Shown here piece after piece: positions 11,963 through 24,584 of a stretch of DNA of 64,000 nt. The position numbers and the translations under genes were made by a program. This DNA comes from Macrostomum hystrix. Taxonomy: Eukaryota > Animalia > Platyhelminthes. Each line of letters opens with the position of its first letter. Position 1 is the stretch's first letter. The stretch spans positions 13,144,001 through 13,208,000 of the forward strand of contig CATNEN010000003.1 in the NCBI GenBank assembly GCA_950097015.1. The letters run 5' to 3'. The notes under the pieces are model-generated. The model had not been told where the DNA came from, ran no database searches, and saw only the letters and a program-made list of their open reading frames with translations.

Positions 11963-12494
11963 TTTATATAAAAAGTTTAATAATGATAGACATTTCTTAG
12001 AATTTAATTAGCATTTTGTTCATCGATTGCCTTTATTCTTTCTAGTTTAATTTTTAAGCTAGTATTTTGTGCTCCAACAGGTTTTTCAATAATTCTCTAG
12101 TAATGTAGCTTCTGTTTATTGTCAAGATCAAATCGACGTATTTAAATAAAAAAATAGCATTTATTTTCACTTTGAATTTTGTAATTTTTTCCTCGGTCAA
12201 TTTAACTTACAGTCTCGGTGATATCGGTGATACAGCCGATATGTTTAGAAAGCAAGTTGTTGCTTACTTTTGTTTACCTTATTCTTCAGCCGAAATAATT
12301 GAATAATTATCTACTCGTATTTTTTAGCAAAACTTATTCAATGGTAATTCGTTGGAATATTTTGTTACCGATATGTATTGAAAAAAAATCCGAAGTTAAA
12401 CACTATCTTTTGTTTAACAAGGCCCTTATATATTAAAATGCCTTTGCATTTTTTTATTTATAATTTGGGGTTTACCCACTATAGTAAAACTATT

Positions 12495-12812
12495 GGGATT
12501 TACCTTCTAAAAATGCGTTCAGAATTTCCCTTCTGGAATAGCCTTTTGGGATTTCCCTTCTGGAATAGTCTTGGGATTTCCCTTCTAGAATAGCCTGTAG
12601 GAATTTCCTACTAGAATACACTGTTGGGATTTCCCTAAAAGAATGGAGTATTGAGATTTCCCTTCTGGAATAGCCTTTTGGGATTTCCCTACTAGAATAG
12701 CCTGTTGGGATTTCCCTACTGGAATAGCCTGTTGGGATTTCCTACTAGAATACTTTGGAATTTCCCTTCTGGAATCCACTATTGGGAATTCCCTTGTGAA
12801 ATAGATTTCCTT
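12495..12812. repeat. Degenerate about 29-bp repeat (GGGATTTCCCTTCTGGAATAGCCTGTT-like) upstream of GINS1
   Basis: Visible array; the same family recurs at 15025-15580. Confidence 0.85.
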
Positions 12813-12885
12813 TATTTTAAGTTGACTTTAAACAACTATTTGCGAATTTCAGCATCAATATTGTCGATAGTCCCAGTAGCTAAGC

Positions 12886-14448
12886 ATGCTGTCCAATCAG
12901 AGCACGCGCCTAATTGCCGATCTAAAGCGCGGCTTAACCACCGGCCTGCCGCCATACGAAGAGGATCGAATTCGGCACCTGATAGCCGAAATCGACGCCA
13001 TTTTCCAGCAGAATCGCGAAGCCATCGCCGAGGCGGTGGCAGATAATAATAACGAGGCCCTGACTAAACAGGAGAGAGAATTGCGAGCCAGCCGTTCGCA
13101 CAACAGCATCCAACTTAGACAGGCTGTTATGGAGAGAAACAAGCGCTGTATACTCGCCTATCTCTACCATAGACTGGGCCAGTTGAGGCGAATGCGATGG
13201 GAACTGGGCCCGATTCTGCCCGCCAATGTGCAGCTCAATGCTAGGGACGAAGAATTGAATTGGTTTACCGGATATAATAGAATGCTTGCGCACTTCATGC
13301 AGGTGGCATTTGCATTTGATACGGCACTGAAATTTGTATTCCTGTCTCCCTACTTTCTCCCATCTTTCATTTTAACTTCATACTGCAGTCTCTACTTATT
13401 ATGACTGCACCTATCTGACTCTCTGACTCTCTGACTCTCTGACTCTCTGACTTTATTTACTCTCTGTCTCTCTCTTTCTGACTCTCTGACTCTCTGACAC
13501 TCTGACTCTCTGACACTGTGACTCTCTGACTCTCTGACTCTCTGACTTTATTTACTCTCTGTCTCTCTCTTTCTGACACTCTGACTCTCTGACACTCTGA
13601 CTCTCTGACGCTCTGACTCTCTGACTCTCTGACTCTCTGACTCTCTGACTCTCTGACTTTATTTACTCTCTGTCTCTCTCTTTCTGACACTCTGACTCTC
13701 TGACACTCTGACTCTCTGACACTCTGACTCTCTGACACTCTGACTCTCTGACTTTATTTACTCTCTGTCTCTCTCTTTCTGACACTCTGACTCTCTGACA
13801 CTCTGACTCTCTGACTCTCTGACACTCTGACTCTCTGACACTCTGACTCTCTGACTTTATTTACTCTCTGTCTCTCTCTTTCTGACTCTCTGACTCTCTG
13901 ACACTCTGACTCTCTGACACTCTGACTCTCTGACTCTCTGACTCTCTGTCTCTCTCTTTCTGACTCTCTGACTCTCTGACACTCTGACTCTCTGACACTC
14001 TGACTCTCTGACTTTATTTACTCTCTGTCTCTCTCTTTCTGACTCTCTGACTCTCTGACTTTCTGACTCTCTGACTCTCTGACTCTCTGTCTCTCTCTTT
14101 CTGACTTTCTCTGACTCTCTGACTCTCTGACTCTCTGACTCTCTGACTCTCCGACCTTCTGACTCTCCGATTCTCTGACTCTCCAACTCTCTGACTCTTT
14201 GACTTTCTTTGACTCTCTCTCTGACTCCCCCAAACCCGCAGACCACTGGATTCGATCTGACGGTGAACCGTCAGCCTCCAAGGAGTCTATTCGTTGAAGT
14301 TCGCTGCCTCACGGACTACGGCCAACTCGAAACAGAAGACGGCTGTGTTGTGAATTTGAAGAAGGGCAGCCATCACTACCTGCTGCACAGCGACACTGAA
14401 CAGCTCGTGAGGCAGGGGGTTCTGGAACATGTCGGCGGCAGTCACTGA
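12886..14448 (+). CDS. GINS1: DNA replication complex GINS subunit PSF1, 2 exons, 207 aa
   Basis: Exons 12886-13302 and 14242-14448 with a phase-0 GT-AG intron. Motifs LPPY, MERNKRCILAYLYHRL, WELGPILP, PPRSLFVEVRCLTDYG, EQLVRQGVLEHV. Confidence 0.96.
13412..14225. repeat. 8-bp-based repeat (CTCTGACT)n filling the GINS1 intron
   Basis: Visible array; explains the minus-strand SQRVRESE ORFs. Confidence 0.95.
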
Positions 14449-15024
14449 CACTGTCGAAGACAAGCTTCCTGCGGGACTTCCAGTGACTAGTAATGAGGTG
14501 CTCTATGCTTCAACTGAGTTTACTTTTACCTTTTTAATCAGTTAAACTGTCTGTTCTGTCGTCTGTTTTTTTTCTAATTTCTCTCCGTCTTTAGGTCAGT
14601 GCGTTTGTCCTTCAAAGCATTTCGCTCCGTCAAAAAAATGCTCAAAGTTTATACAAATATTATTCCATGTTTTCTGTAATACTACTGGGTGCAAATGCAA
14701 CTAATTATTTTCTAAATTTGATTTGATATTTTCAAAATGTGTAATGTTTAGATTCTGACCTGGCAATTTTTATATGCAACGAAGTAAAAATAAAATATTT
14801 TTTGCAACTAACATAAAATTTTCTGTCCCAAGTCTGGCTAACTGATTATTTTTATTTATTTAACTCTTGATGTTATCAGCACAAAAACTATGGTTTTAAT
14901 AGTAGCTTACTAGCACTTCCAAATACTACTGTTTAGTAGTAAGCGCGCTTCGAAAAAAGGGAATGTCGATAATTTTTCACAATAAAATATGGCATTATTA
15001 TCCCATTTAAAAAGATCTGTTCGT

Positions 15025-15580
15025 AGTTCCCTTCTAAAATGTGCAGTTGGGATTTCCCTTCTGGAATTGACTTTTGAGATTTTCTCTTCTGAAATAGACT
15101 CTAGGGATTTCCCTTTTTTATTTGCTTTCGAGATTTCCCATCCAGAATAGACTGTCGAAATTTATCTTATGAAATAAACAAACGGGATTTCCTTTCTGGA
15201 ATAGAAAGTCGGGGTTTCCCTTCTAAAATAGACTGTTGGGATTTCCCTTTTAGAATATGCTTTCGAGATTTCCCATCCAGAATAGACTGGAAATTTATCT
15301 TATGAAAGAAAAAACGGGATTTCCTTTCTAGAATAGAAAGTTGGAGTTTCCCTTCTAAAATAGACTGTTGGGATTTCCCTTCAATAATATACTTATAGGA
15401 TTTCCCTTACGGAATAGGCAGTTGGGAATTTTCTTTTCATTCTGGTATCTGTTAGTATTTCACTTCTAAAATGAATTTTCGGATTTTTCAATTCTGAAAA
15501 ACGCAGTTGGGATTACCCTTATCGATGAGGCAGTTGGAATATCCCTTCTATTTGTGATTTCCTATTTAAAAGAGACAGTT
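15025..15580. repeat. Degenerate about 30-bp GGGATTTCCC/TTCTAGAA repeat downstream of GINS1
   Basis: Same unit as 12495-12812. Confidence 0.8.
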
Positions 15581-16099
15581 GCCAGCTGGTACTTATTTCC
15601 TATCTATGAAATCTGAAGGCCTTTAAAGGCAAATTATAGCTCACATTTCTTAGAATTCAAGTGCGAACTTTTCCAGTAACTGAGACCCCTAAAACTGAAA
15701 TGACGCAACAAATTGATCGCATGTACAATGCACTCGCCAATGAGGGCATTGTTGCACAATTTATTCTCCACGAAAACTGCAAAGATGTTTATCTAAGATG
15801 CGAATGGTTGCAAATATTTCTACCGGCAGTTGAATTTCTGTTGTAAGCCACGCCTACTCGACAAAGCAAGTTTGTTCCCACAGAAACAAAATATTTAAGA
15901 GCTCTATATAAACCAGTAATTTAGACATTCTCTTTTAGGAGACTATTTTTCATGACGAATTAGATTACACAGACGTAGATAGCTATATGATACTGTTTCT
16001 GCCTCTTTATCTGTGACAGATTCCATAAAGATAATTATAGACTAGAAATGAAAATTGTTGGTCTTATCCTTTTGTCTAGAATTCTGTCTTTGAATCAAA

Positions 16100-16205
16100 A
16101 CCTTGGTGCCTCTCGCACCAAGGTCCCTGAGCTCGATTCCGCGGCGAGGCCACATTTAATTGGTGGCGAAATGGGAAAGTCAGGGCGGATGTACACACCC
16201 TGTGT
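16100..16205 (+). mobile_element. SINE family A fragment with internal deletion
   Basis: GCCTCTCGCACCAAGGTCCCTGAGCTCGATTCCGCGGCGAGGCCAC joined to GAAAGTCAGGGCGGATGTACACACC. Confidence 0.8.
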
Positions 16206-16924
16206 GCTTAGTCCTCTTTATCACCAATTTTAGTGTTGAAATCTTACAAATGTTGTTTCTTTCTTAGAAACGGATGAATCAGACGACAAAAGGCAAGCAA
16301 ATTAAGAAGCCAATTTACATCGACAGACAGGTGTATTACACAATTGGTCTGTCTCTTTTATCTGAGATTTTGTGTGTTTCACAGTCATTTAATGTGTGTG
16401 TATTGAAGCTTGAATAAAATGAACAAAACCTCTTAGTTTATATGGCCAACAGGGTCCCACGGTTAGTCCTAGTTCTCATTCTCCATGTTAAAATAAATAT
16501 ATATTAGACAAGTGTTTTTACTGGGCCACACTTGTTTGTCAAATGCCTCACATTGAGTGGGTGACAGACAGACAGACAGACAGACAAACTGGTAAATGAG
16601 AATGAAAGAGAAATCTACAATATATTCACCCAGTGCATAAGGGCTCCAGTCTATAGTCGTGTTTTATAAAGAATTCAACTTGTTGAAAGTAATATTCCTA
16701 CAAAAGAGAACAACACACTATAGGTCTAGCAGAGTTTTATTATCTCAGTGTAAAACACTCGTTTGACTCTGCGGGAGTGGCATATCGGCAAATAATAGAA
16801 TTATGAGTATGAGAATATAGTTTGCTTCTAGTTTAAGCTAACTGTTCTGCTAGTATATAGCTTACATAATGTACGAATTAATGACTTCTATAAAATTTAA
16901 ATGAATAATTTTTAAGGCTGCCCA

Positions 16925-17345
16925 CAACGAAGAGTGTGACAATAAGTAACGACGGCACTGACAGAAAAGCTAACGTAGAATAATAGAAAATGTTACGAAG
17001 CGAGTGACAGAAAAAGTAACGAAGAGAGTGACAAGAAGTAACGACGGTACTGACAGAAAAGTCGACGAAGAGTAAGAGAAAAGTAACGAAGTGAATGACA
17101 AGAAGTAACGACGGTACTGACAGAAAAGTCGACGAAGAGTAACAGAAAAGTAACGAAGTGAATGACATAAAACGCAATAAAAAGATAAAGAAATGTACCG
17201 AAGAGAACAGCAGAAAAAGTAACGAAGAAAGTAACAGAAGTTTTAATGAAGAATCACAGAAAAGTTTTTTAAATAGTGATACAAAAAGTACGAATTCAGT
17301 GGCAGAAAAAGTAACGAAAAACGCGACAGAAATTGTAACGAATAT
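16925..17345. repeat. Degenerate purine-rich repeat (AGTAACGA / TGACAGAAAA units)
   Basis: Recurring GAAGTAACGACGGTACTGACAGAAAAGTCGACGAAGAG blocks. Confidence 0.65.
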
Positions 17346-17835
17346 CGTCAAAAAATAAGCAAATCGAGTAAGAGATTTGATTAGCTTAGGTTTTGTTGCA
17401 ATTCAAAAAAGTTTTGAGGGTGGCAATGCTTTTCCGATAAGAGCGAATCAGAGTGGGTCTGCATCTCTCCATCTCTCTCTGTCGTTCTGCCTTATCAGCC
17501 ATCCAATAAAATTTGCTTCTGCTCAGAAATCTATTCTGTCTCGCTGCCGGCGTATAGAAAGTATAAAAAATTCTTTGAGAAGCAGGCAAACGACTGCTTC
17601 TTATTCATTATTAAATTAGGAATTGCTTTATCAACTAACTGAACCAGAAGAATTTAAGAAAATCTGACTCGATAATTTATGAGTCCAACCGTTGTGAACC
17701 TTTGCTTCATTTGAAGCGGAAGCTTACTAATTTTTATTTGATATAAAAAAACAGAAATCCAGTTTTTTCCTGCTATTGCGAAAAATAGTTTTTTCTTCTC
17801 TTGGAAGCCAGAAAAAGTTGGGTCTTTGTGTCGTC

Positions 17836-20800
17836 ATGCTGACAGCAACGCGGGTGTTGCTGCTGGCACTGTTGCTGCTTCTAGGAGGCAGGAGTCAAGC
17901 CTGTTATTTGAATCTGCTCCAAGGAAGCGGGTCAGCCGCCACGGCTTCAAAGAGCATCGAGGATCTCGCAGAAGCTGCTCCTATTGTCATCAGCGGCCGT
18001 ATCTTTTCAACAACATCGACAACAACAAAAGCTAGTACGACTATTTCAATGCGAACCTACTCAGCAGAGATTCTTGTATTGGAAGTGCTCAAAGGATTGG
18101 CACTGCTCAAAGCAACAGTTGGTGGCCAATTCAGCAACAGCAGCAGTAGCAGCAGCAGAATAGTGATTGTTCGCGGCTTCGGAAATCCGATCAGTTGTTT
18201 AACCGAGGTTAATCCAGACGACTGGCTGATCCTATTTCTGTCGGCAGATCCCAGAGCAGGTCTCTCTGCTCACTACGCTAGCCCGTCAGCTGCAGCAGCT
18301 CAGCTGACTTCCAGTAACTTGGCTAGAGTCGGCAATGCTCTGGGTGAGCGGCTTGTTGATCATGTCTACCTGATCTGTAACAATAGTTCACCTGTTAGAC
18401 TGTTAGACAAATATCATCTGCTAAATAGGGACATCACCTGTTAGACAGGAACATCACCTGTTAAACAAAAGCATCACCTGTTAGACAGAAGCATCGCCTG
18501 TTAGACACCGTAGACTCGTATCATGTCAGAACTTAAATTGTTTCTCAGGCTGGCACAGGTGGTCGGATTGGACGATGTGCAGTAGTCACTGCGGCAGCAC
18601 CGGAATCAGGGAGCGAACTCGCGACTGCTCGGGACCGCCGTGTGACTATGGCGAAGCGAAACAAGTTCGCGATTGCAATCGATGGCCTTGCAGCGGTGAG
18701 GTGAAACTGTTTTATTATATTTATTTGCAAACAGTTTAGAACAGGTGAATAGCTGTTTAGAACAGATGAATGGCTATTTAGAACAGGTGTATAGCTGTTT
18801 AGAACAGGTGAATGGCTCTTTAGAACAGGTGAATGGCTCTTTAGAACAGGTGAATGTCTGTTTAGAAAAGGTGAATGTCTGTTTAGAACAGGTGAATATC
18901 TGTTTAGAACAGGTGAATGTCTGTTTAGAACAGGTGAATGGCTATTTAGAACAGGTGAATGGCTGTTTAGAACAGGTGAATGGCTATTTAGAACAGGTGA
19001 ATGGCTATTTAGAACAGGTGAATGGCTGTTTAGAACAGGTGAATGGCTGTTTAGAACAGGTGAATGGCTGTTTAGAACAGGTGAATGGCTATTTAGAACA
19101 GTTAAATAGCTATTTAGAACAGGTGAATGGCTGTTTAGAACAGGTGAATGGCTGTTTAGAACAGGTGAATGGCTGTTTAGAACAGGTGAATGGCTGTTTA
19201 GAACATATGAATAGCTATTTAAAACAGGTGAATGGCTGTTTAGAACAGGTGAATGGCTGTTTAGAACAGGTGAATGGCCGTTTAGAACAGGTGAATGGCT
19301 GTTTAGAACAGGTGAATATTATTGTGTTTACCGGGTAGCTATCCAAATATTCTTTCAGGAAAATTTTAAGTTATTTTCAGAAAAATTAGCTCAAATATAG
19401 TCTAATTGTTTGATTGCCAACTTTAGCAGTGAAGCCTGCTACACCAGAGCTACATGAGCCTGTTGAGATTGGTAGCAACAGCAGCAATAAAAAAAAATCT
19501 GCTGTATTTTCTGTTGAAAACGTCACTTTCACAAATGACCTGGCTCTGTCTTTGACCCTATCCAAGCAATCTGTAGAAGATTCTCTCGTTGTCATAGAGA
19601 CGGCTGACAAGCGGCGTATTTCATTCGTTCCCATAGCAACAGAAAATAATCAGCAATATTATCAATCAATATCAGTTTATTTGAGAATAGCAACATCTGA
19701 GTATAATGATAGCTTTGTTGAGTATGCAATCGATTGCTCAACACCTGATAGACAGTTATTGTCTAAGCCTGCTTCTAGAATCATCCTGACACCTGCTAGG
19801 GTGAGTTAATAGTTAAAATTTACATCACTTTACTAATAAAATACTCGTATATCTAATAATTTTGCTTTTTTAACTAATATTTTCAGGTACTAATAAATTC
19901 TTCATTCGTGCCTTGGGCAGAAGCTACGCGATGTTCAACTGAAAAGGAAATTGTTAGTAAATTTGCTTGAGTTCGCTTTTTTATTCAACATTGAGTGACT
20001 AATAAACATTCAGAGTGACTCATAGACATTCAGAGTGAACCATAAACATTGAGAGTGACTCATAGACATTCAGAGTGGCCCATAGACATTCAGAGTGACT
20101 CATAGACATTCAGAGTGACTAATAGACATTCAGAGTGACTCATAGACATTCAGAGTGGCCCATAGACATTCAGAGTGACTCATAGACATTCAGAGTGGCC
20201 CATAGACATTCAGAGTGACTCATAGACATTCAGAGTGGCCCATAGACATTCAGAGTGACTCATAGACATTCAGAGTGGCCCATAGACATCCAGAGTGACT
20301 CATAGACATTCAGAGTGCCTCAAAGACATTCGGAGTGGTTGACATTTTAAGTGACTCAAACTTTTAAAGTGACTCATAGACGTTCACAGTGACTCATAGA
20401 CATTCAGAGTGGCCCATAGACATCCAGAGTGACTCATAGACATTCAGAGTGGCCCATAGACATCCAGAGTGACTCATAGACATTCAGAGTGACTCATAGA
20501 CATTCAGAGTGACCCATAGACATCCAGAGTGACTCATAGACATTCAGAGTGACTCATAGACATTCAGAGTGACCCATAGACATTCAGAGTGACTCATAGA
20601 CATTCAGAGTGACCCATAGACATCCAGAGTGACTCATAGACATTCAGAGTGACTCATAGACATTCAGAGTGACTCATAGACATTCAGAGTGACCCATAGA
20701 CATTCAGAGTGACTCATAGACATTCAGAGTGACCCATAGACATTCAGAGTGACTCATAGACATTCAGAGTGACCCATAGACATTCAGAGTGACTCATAGA

Positions 20801-23800
20801 CATTCAGAGTGACTCATTGACATTCAGAGTGACCCATAGACATCCAGAGTGACTCATAGACATCCAGAGTGACTCATAGACATTCAGAGTGACCCATAGA
20901 CATCCAGAGTGACTCATAGACATCCAGAGTGACTCATAGACATTCAGAGTGACCCATAGACATTCAGAGTGACTCATAGACATACAGACTGACCCATAGA
21001 CTTCAGAGTGACCCATAGACATTCAGAGAGACCCATAGACATCCAGAGTGACCCATAGACTTCAGAGTGACTCATTACCAGAGCCCCACCAATAAATATG
21101 CTCGCAGGCCCCGCCCCCAACCTACTGGACCGCATGGAGCTCCTGCAGCGCCACCTGTGGCGAAGGCATTCGGAGCAGACACTCGCTGTGCCGCGAAGAT
21201 CACCAACCCAACACTTGCCGACTGTCTGGCTCTAGACCTCCCGTTGAATCTCGATCTTGTCCGAGCCTGCCGTTGTGCAATCCGGATCACAGTTCCGGCA
21301 GCTCCAGCGGTGAATCATCGTCGAGATGCCCGTGTCAGAATGGCGGCTTCTGCTTCCAGTCTCGTTGCATCTGCCCGACGTCGCACTCTGGCGACCTGTG
21401 CCAGATTCTCCTAGACGCTGAACAGCCGTCAACGCCGCCACCGAGTCAGCCAACAACGCCAACTAGACGTCGCTCCAAGTTCGACTGTCGCCGACAAACG
21501 CGTCGACGACATCCTCGTCGTCGAAGGCTTTTAAAAAGCAGAAAAGTTTGTCGAAACGGCGGCGTCTGCGACAGGCGCAGCGGTGTCTGCCGCTGCCAGA
21601 TGGGCTGGTCGGGTCGGCGCTGCCAGAATGCGTTCTGCCGTCCGCGGTGTCGCAATGGCGGCGGTTGCGTCGGGCCAAATCTGTGCGCCTGTGCCCAGGG
21701 CTTCTACGGAACCCAGTGCGAGAAAGGTGGGTTAATGGTTTTCACCGTGTCTAACAGGTATTCGTGTGTCTAACAGGTTTGTGTCTAACAGGTATTGTTG
21801 TGTCTAACAGGTATTGTTGTGTCTAACAGGTATTGTTGTGTCTAACACGTACTGTTGTGTCTAACAGGTATTGTTGTGTCTAACAGGCAGTGTTGTGTCT
21901 AACAGGCAGTGTTGTGTCTAACAGATACTGTTGTTTCTAACAGGTATTGTTGTGTCTAACAGGTACTGTTGTGTCTAACAGGTATTGTTGTGTCTAACAG
22001 ATACTGTTGTGTCTAACAGGTACTGTTGTCTGTAACAGGTACTGTTGTGTCTAACAGATACTGTTGTTTCTATCAGGTATTGTTGTGTCTAGCAGGCATT
22101 GTTGTGTCTAACAGGTATTGTTGTGTCTAACAGGTACTGTTGTGTCTAACAGGTATTGTTGTGTCTAACAGGTATTGTTGTGTCTAACATATATTGTTGT
22201 GTCTAACAGGTATTGTTGTGTCTAACAGGTATTGTTGTGTCTAACATATATTGTTGTGTCTAACATATATTGTTGTGTCTAACATATATTGTTGTGTCTA
22301 ACATATATTGTTGTGTCTAACAGGTATTGTTGTGTCTAACGGGTATTTTTGTGTCTAACAGGTATTGTTGTGTCTAACGGGTATTTTTGTGTCTAACAGA
22401 TATTGTTGTGTCTAACAGTTATTGCTGGGTCTAACAGGTTTTATTTTGTTAAAAATCTGTCACTTAGTCTTACAGAAATTACAGAAGTCCAACAGGATGA
22501 CTAATGGCCGTAAAAGGAAGATACTGTGACTGTGACTACTGAAAAAATACATTTTCAAGTCTCATAGGAGGTTCGAAGATGCTCGTTACTTAAATATAAA
22601 TTGAAAAATCGCTAATGAATTAATTGCATTATAACTTTTTCGCTACATATCGTTAACGTAAAATTCCTCTGGCAGTTGAGTGTTATCCTCCGTGCGTGAA
22701 TGGCGGCACATGTGTACAACCTGGCCGATGCTCCTGTCCCGCCGGCTACCGCGGTCGCTTCTGCCATCGAGTTCGCTGCCATCCGAGCCTGTGTCTGAAC
22801 GGCGGCAGGTGCCTCGAAGCCGATGGTCTGTGCCGCTGTGCGGCTGGATTCTATGGGCCCAGATGCGAGAGAAGGTTGGCGTGCGATAGAAAGTATTTGT
22901 GATATTTCAGATTAGACGAGTTGAGTTGAGTCGGTTGGAGTAGAGTCGGTTTGAGTAGAGTCTATTTGAGTAGAGTCGATTTGAGTAGAGTCGGTTGGAG
23001 TAGAGTCGGTTTGAGTAGAGTCGGTTGGAGTAGAGTCGGTTTGAGTAGAGTCTATTTGAGTAGAGTCGATTTGAGTAGAGTCGGTTGGAGTAGAGTCGGT
23101 TTGAGTAGAGTCGGTTGGAGTAGAGTCGGTTTGAGTAGAGTCGGTTTGAGTAGAGTCGATTTGAGTAGAGTTGATTTGAGTAGAGTCGGTTTTAGTAGAG
23201 TCGGTTGGAGTAGAGTCGGTTTGAGTAGAGTCGGTTTGAGTAGAGTCGATTTGAGTAGAGTCGGTTTAAGAAGAGTCGGTTTGAGTATAGTCGGTTTGAG
23301 TAGAGTCGATTTGAGTAGAGTTGATTTGAGTAGAGTCGGTTTTAGTAGAGTCGGTTGGAGTAGAGTCGGTTTGAGTAGAGTCGGTTTGAGTAGAGTCGAT
23401 TTGAGTAGAGTCGGTTTAAGAAGAGTCGGTTTGAGTATAGTCGGTTTGAGTAGAGTCGATTTGAGTAGAGTTGATTTGAGTAGAGTCGGTTTTAGTAGAG
23501 TCGGTTGGAGTAGAGTCGGTTTGAGTAGAGTCGATTTGAGTAGAGTCGATTTGAGTAGAGACGGTTTGAGAAGAGTCTGTTTGAGTAGAGTCGGTTTGAG
23601 TAGAGTCGATTTGAGTAGAGTCGGTTTAAGAAGAGTCGGTTTGAGTATAGTCGGTTTGAGTAGAGTCGATTTGAGTAGAGTTGATTTGAGTAGAGTCGGT
23701 TTTAGTAGAGTCGGTTGGAGTAGAGTCGGTTTGAGTAGAGTCGATTTGAGTAGAGTCGATTTGAGTAGAGACGGTTTGAGAAGAGTCTGTTTGAGTAGAG

Positions 23801-24584
23801 TCGGTTTGAGTAGAGTCGATTTGAGTAGAGTTGATTTGAGTAGAGTCGGTTTGAGTAGAGTCGGTTTGAGAAGAGTCGGTTTGAGTAGAGTCGGTTGAGT
23901 AGAGTCGGTTTGAGTAGAGTCGGTTTGAGTAGAGTCGGTTTGAGTAGAGTCTGTTTGAGTAGAGTCGGTTTCAGTAGAGTCGATTTGTGTAGAGTCGGTT
24001 TGAGTAGAGTCGGTTTGAGTAGAGTCGGTTTGAGTAGAGTCGATTTGTGTAGAGTCGTTTGGAGTCGGTTTGAGTCGATTTGAGTCGATTTGAGTAGAGT
24101 CGATTAGAGTAGAGTCGATTTGAGTTGAGTTGAGTTGAGATATAGATGAGATGAGTTTATTTGAGTTTATTTCAGTTAAGTTTAGTTGAGATGAGATGAA
24201 TTGTTTTGAGTTGAATGAGCTTAGGTAAGTTGAGTTAAGTTGAGTTGACTTGAGTCTGGTCGAGCTGCATAGAATACAGTTAGATTGAGATGTAATCTAT
24301 TGAGATGAGATGAGAATACAATGAGAGTAATCTCGAGTTTGTAATATTTTTCCGAATAGATTGTTTAGCTGTGCCTCCTTTTTGCCCCGAAATCCCATCT
24401 CAGAAGCTGCTACCCTGAGCTGAGCTATCGCAAGACCTACCGGCCGGTGGTAAAACAACTTCGCAGGCCGTCAGTTCAGCCCTGCTCACCTGGCTCAAAG
24501 CGCTACTGCGTTCTGCATTCCGTCAGTCGAGTTGTCGTATTTAAAATTGTTCTCAGACCATTTTTCACCTGCTCGACGACTTAA
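17836..24584 (+). CDS. Secreted multidomain protein: signal peptide, agrin NtA-like, TSP1, spacer, TSP1, multiple EGF, EMI-like C-terminus; 7 exons
   Basis: Exons 17836-18343, 18549-18695, 19427-19800, 19887-19952, 21108-21726, 22676-22874, 24404-24584, all phase-compatible. Hydrophobic leader; NtA-like YSAEILVLEVLKG...VRGFGNPISC...WLILFL; TSP1 WHRWSDWTMCSSHCG...RERTRDC and YWTAWSSCSATCGEGIRSR; EGF repeats CRNGGxC...CxCxxGFYGxxC. Confidence 0.85.
18733..19318. repeat. 21-bp minisatellite (TTTAGAACAGGTGAATGGCTG)n, intronic
   Basis: Visible array; explains the spurious LEQVNGC ORF. Confidence 0.95.
19990..21075. repeat. 20-bp minisatellite (CATAGACATTCAGAGTGACT)n, intronic
   Basis: Visible array. 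Confidence 0.96.
21746..22440. repeat. 19-bp minisatellite (GTGTCTAACAGGTATTGTT)n, intronic
   Basis: Visible array. Confidence 0.96.
22925..24125. repeat. 15-bp minisatellite (TTGAGTAGAGTCGGT)n, intronic
   Basis: Visible array; explains the LSRVG ORFs. Confidence 0.96.
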
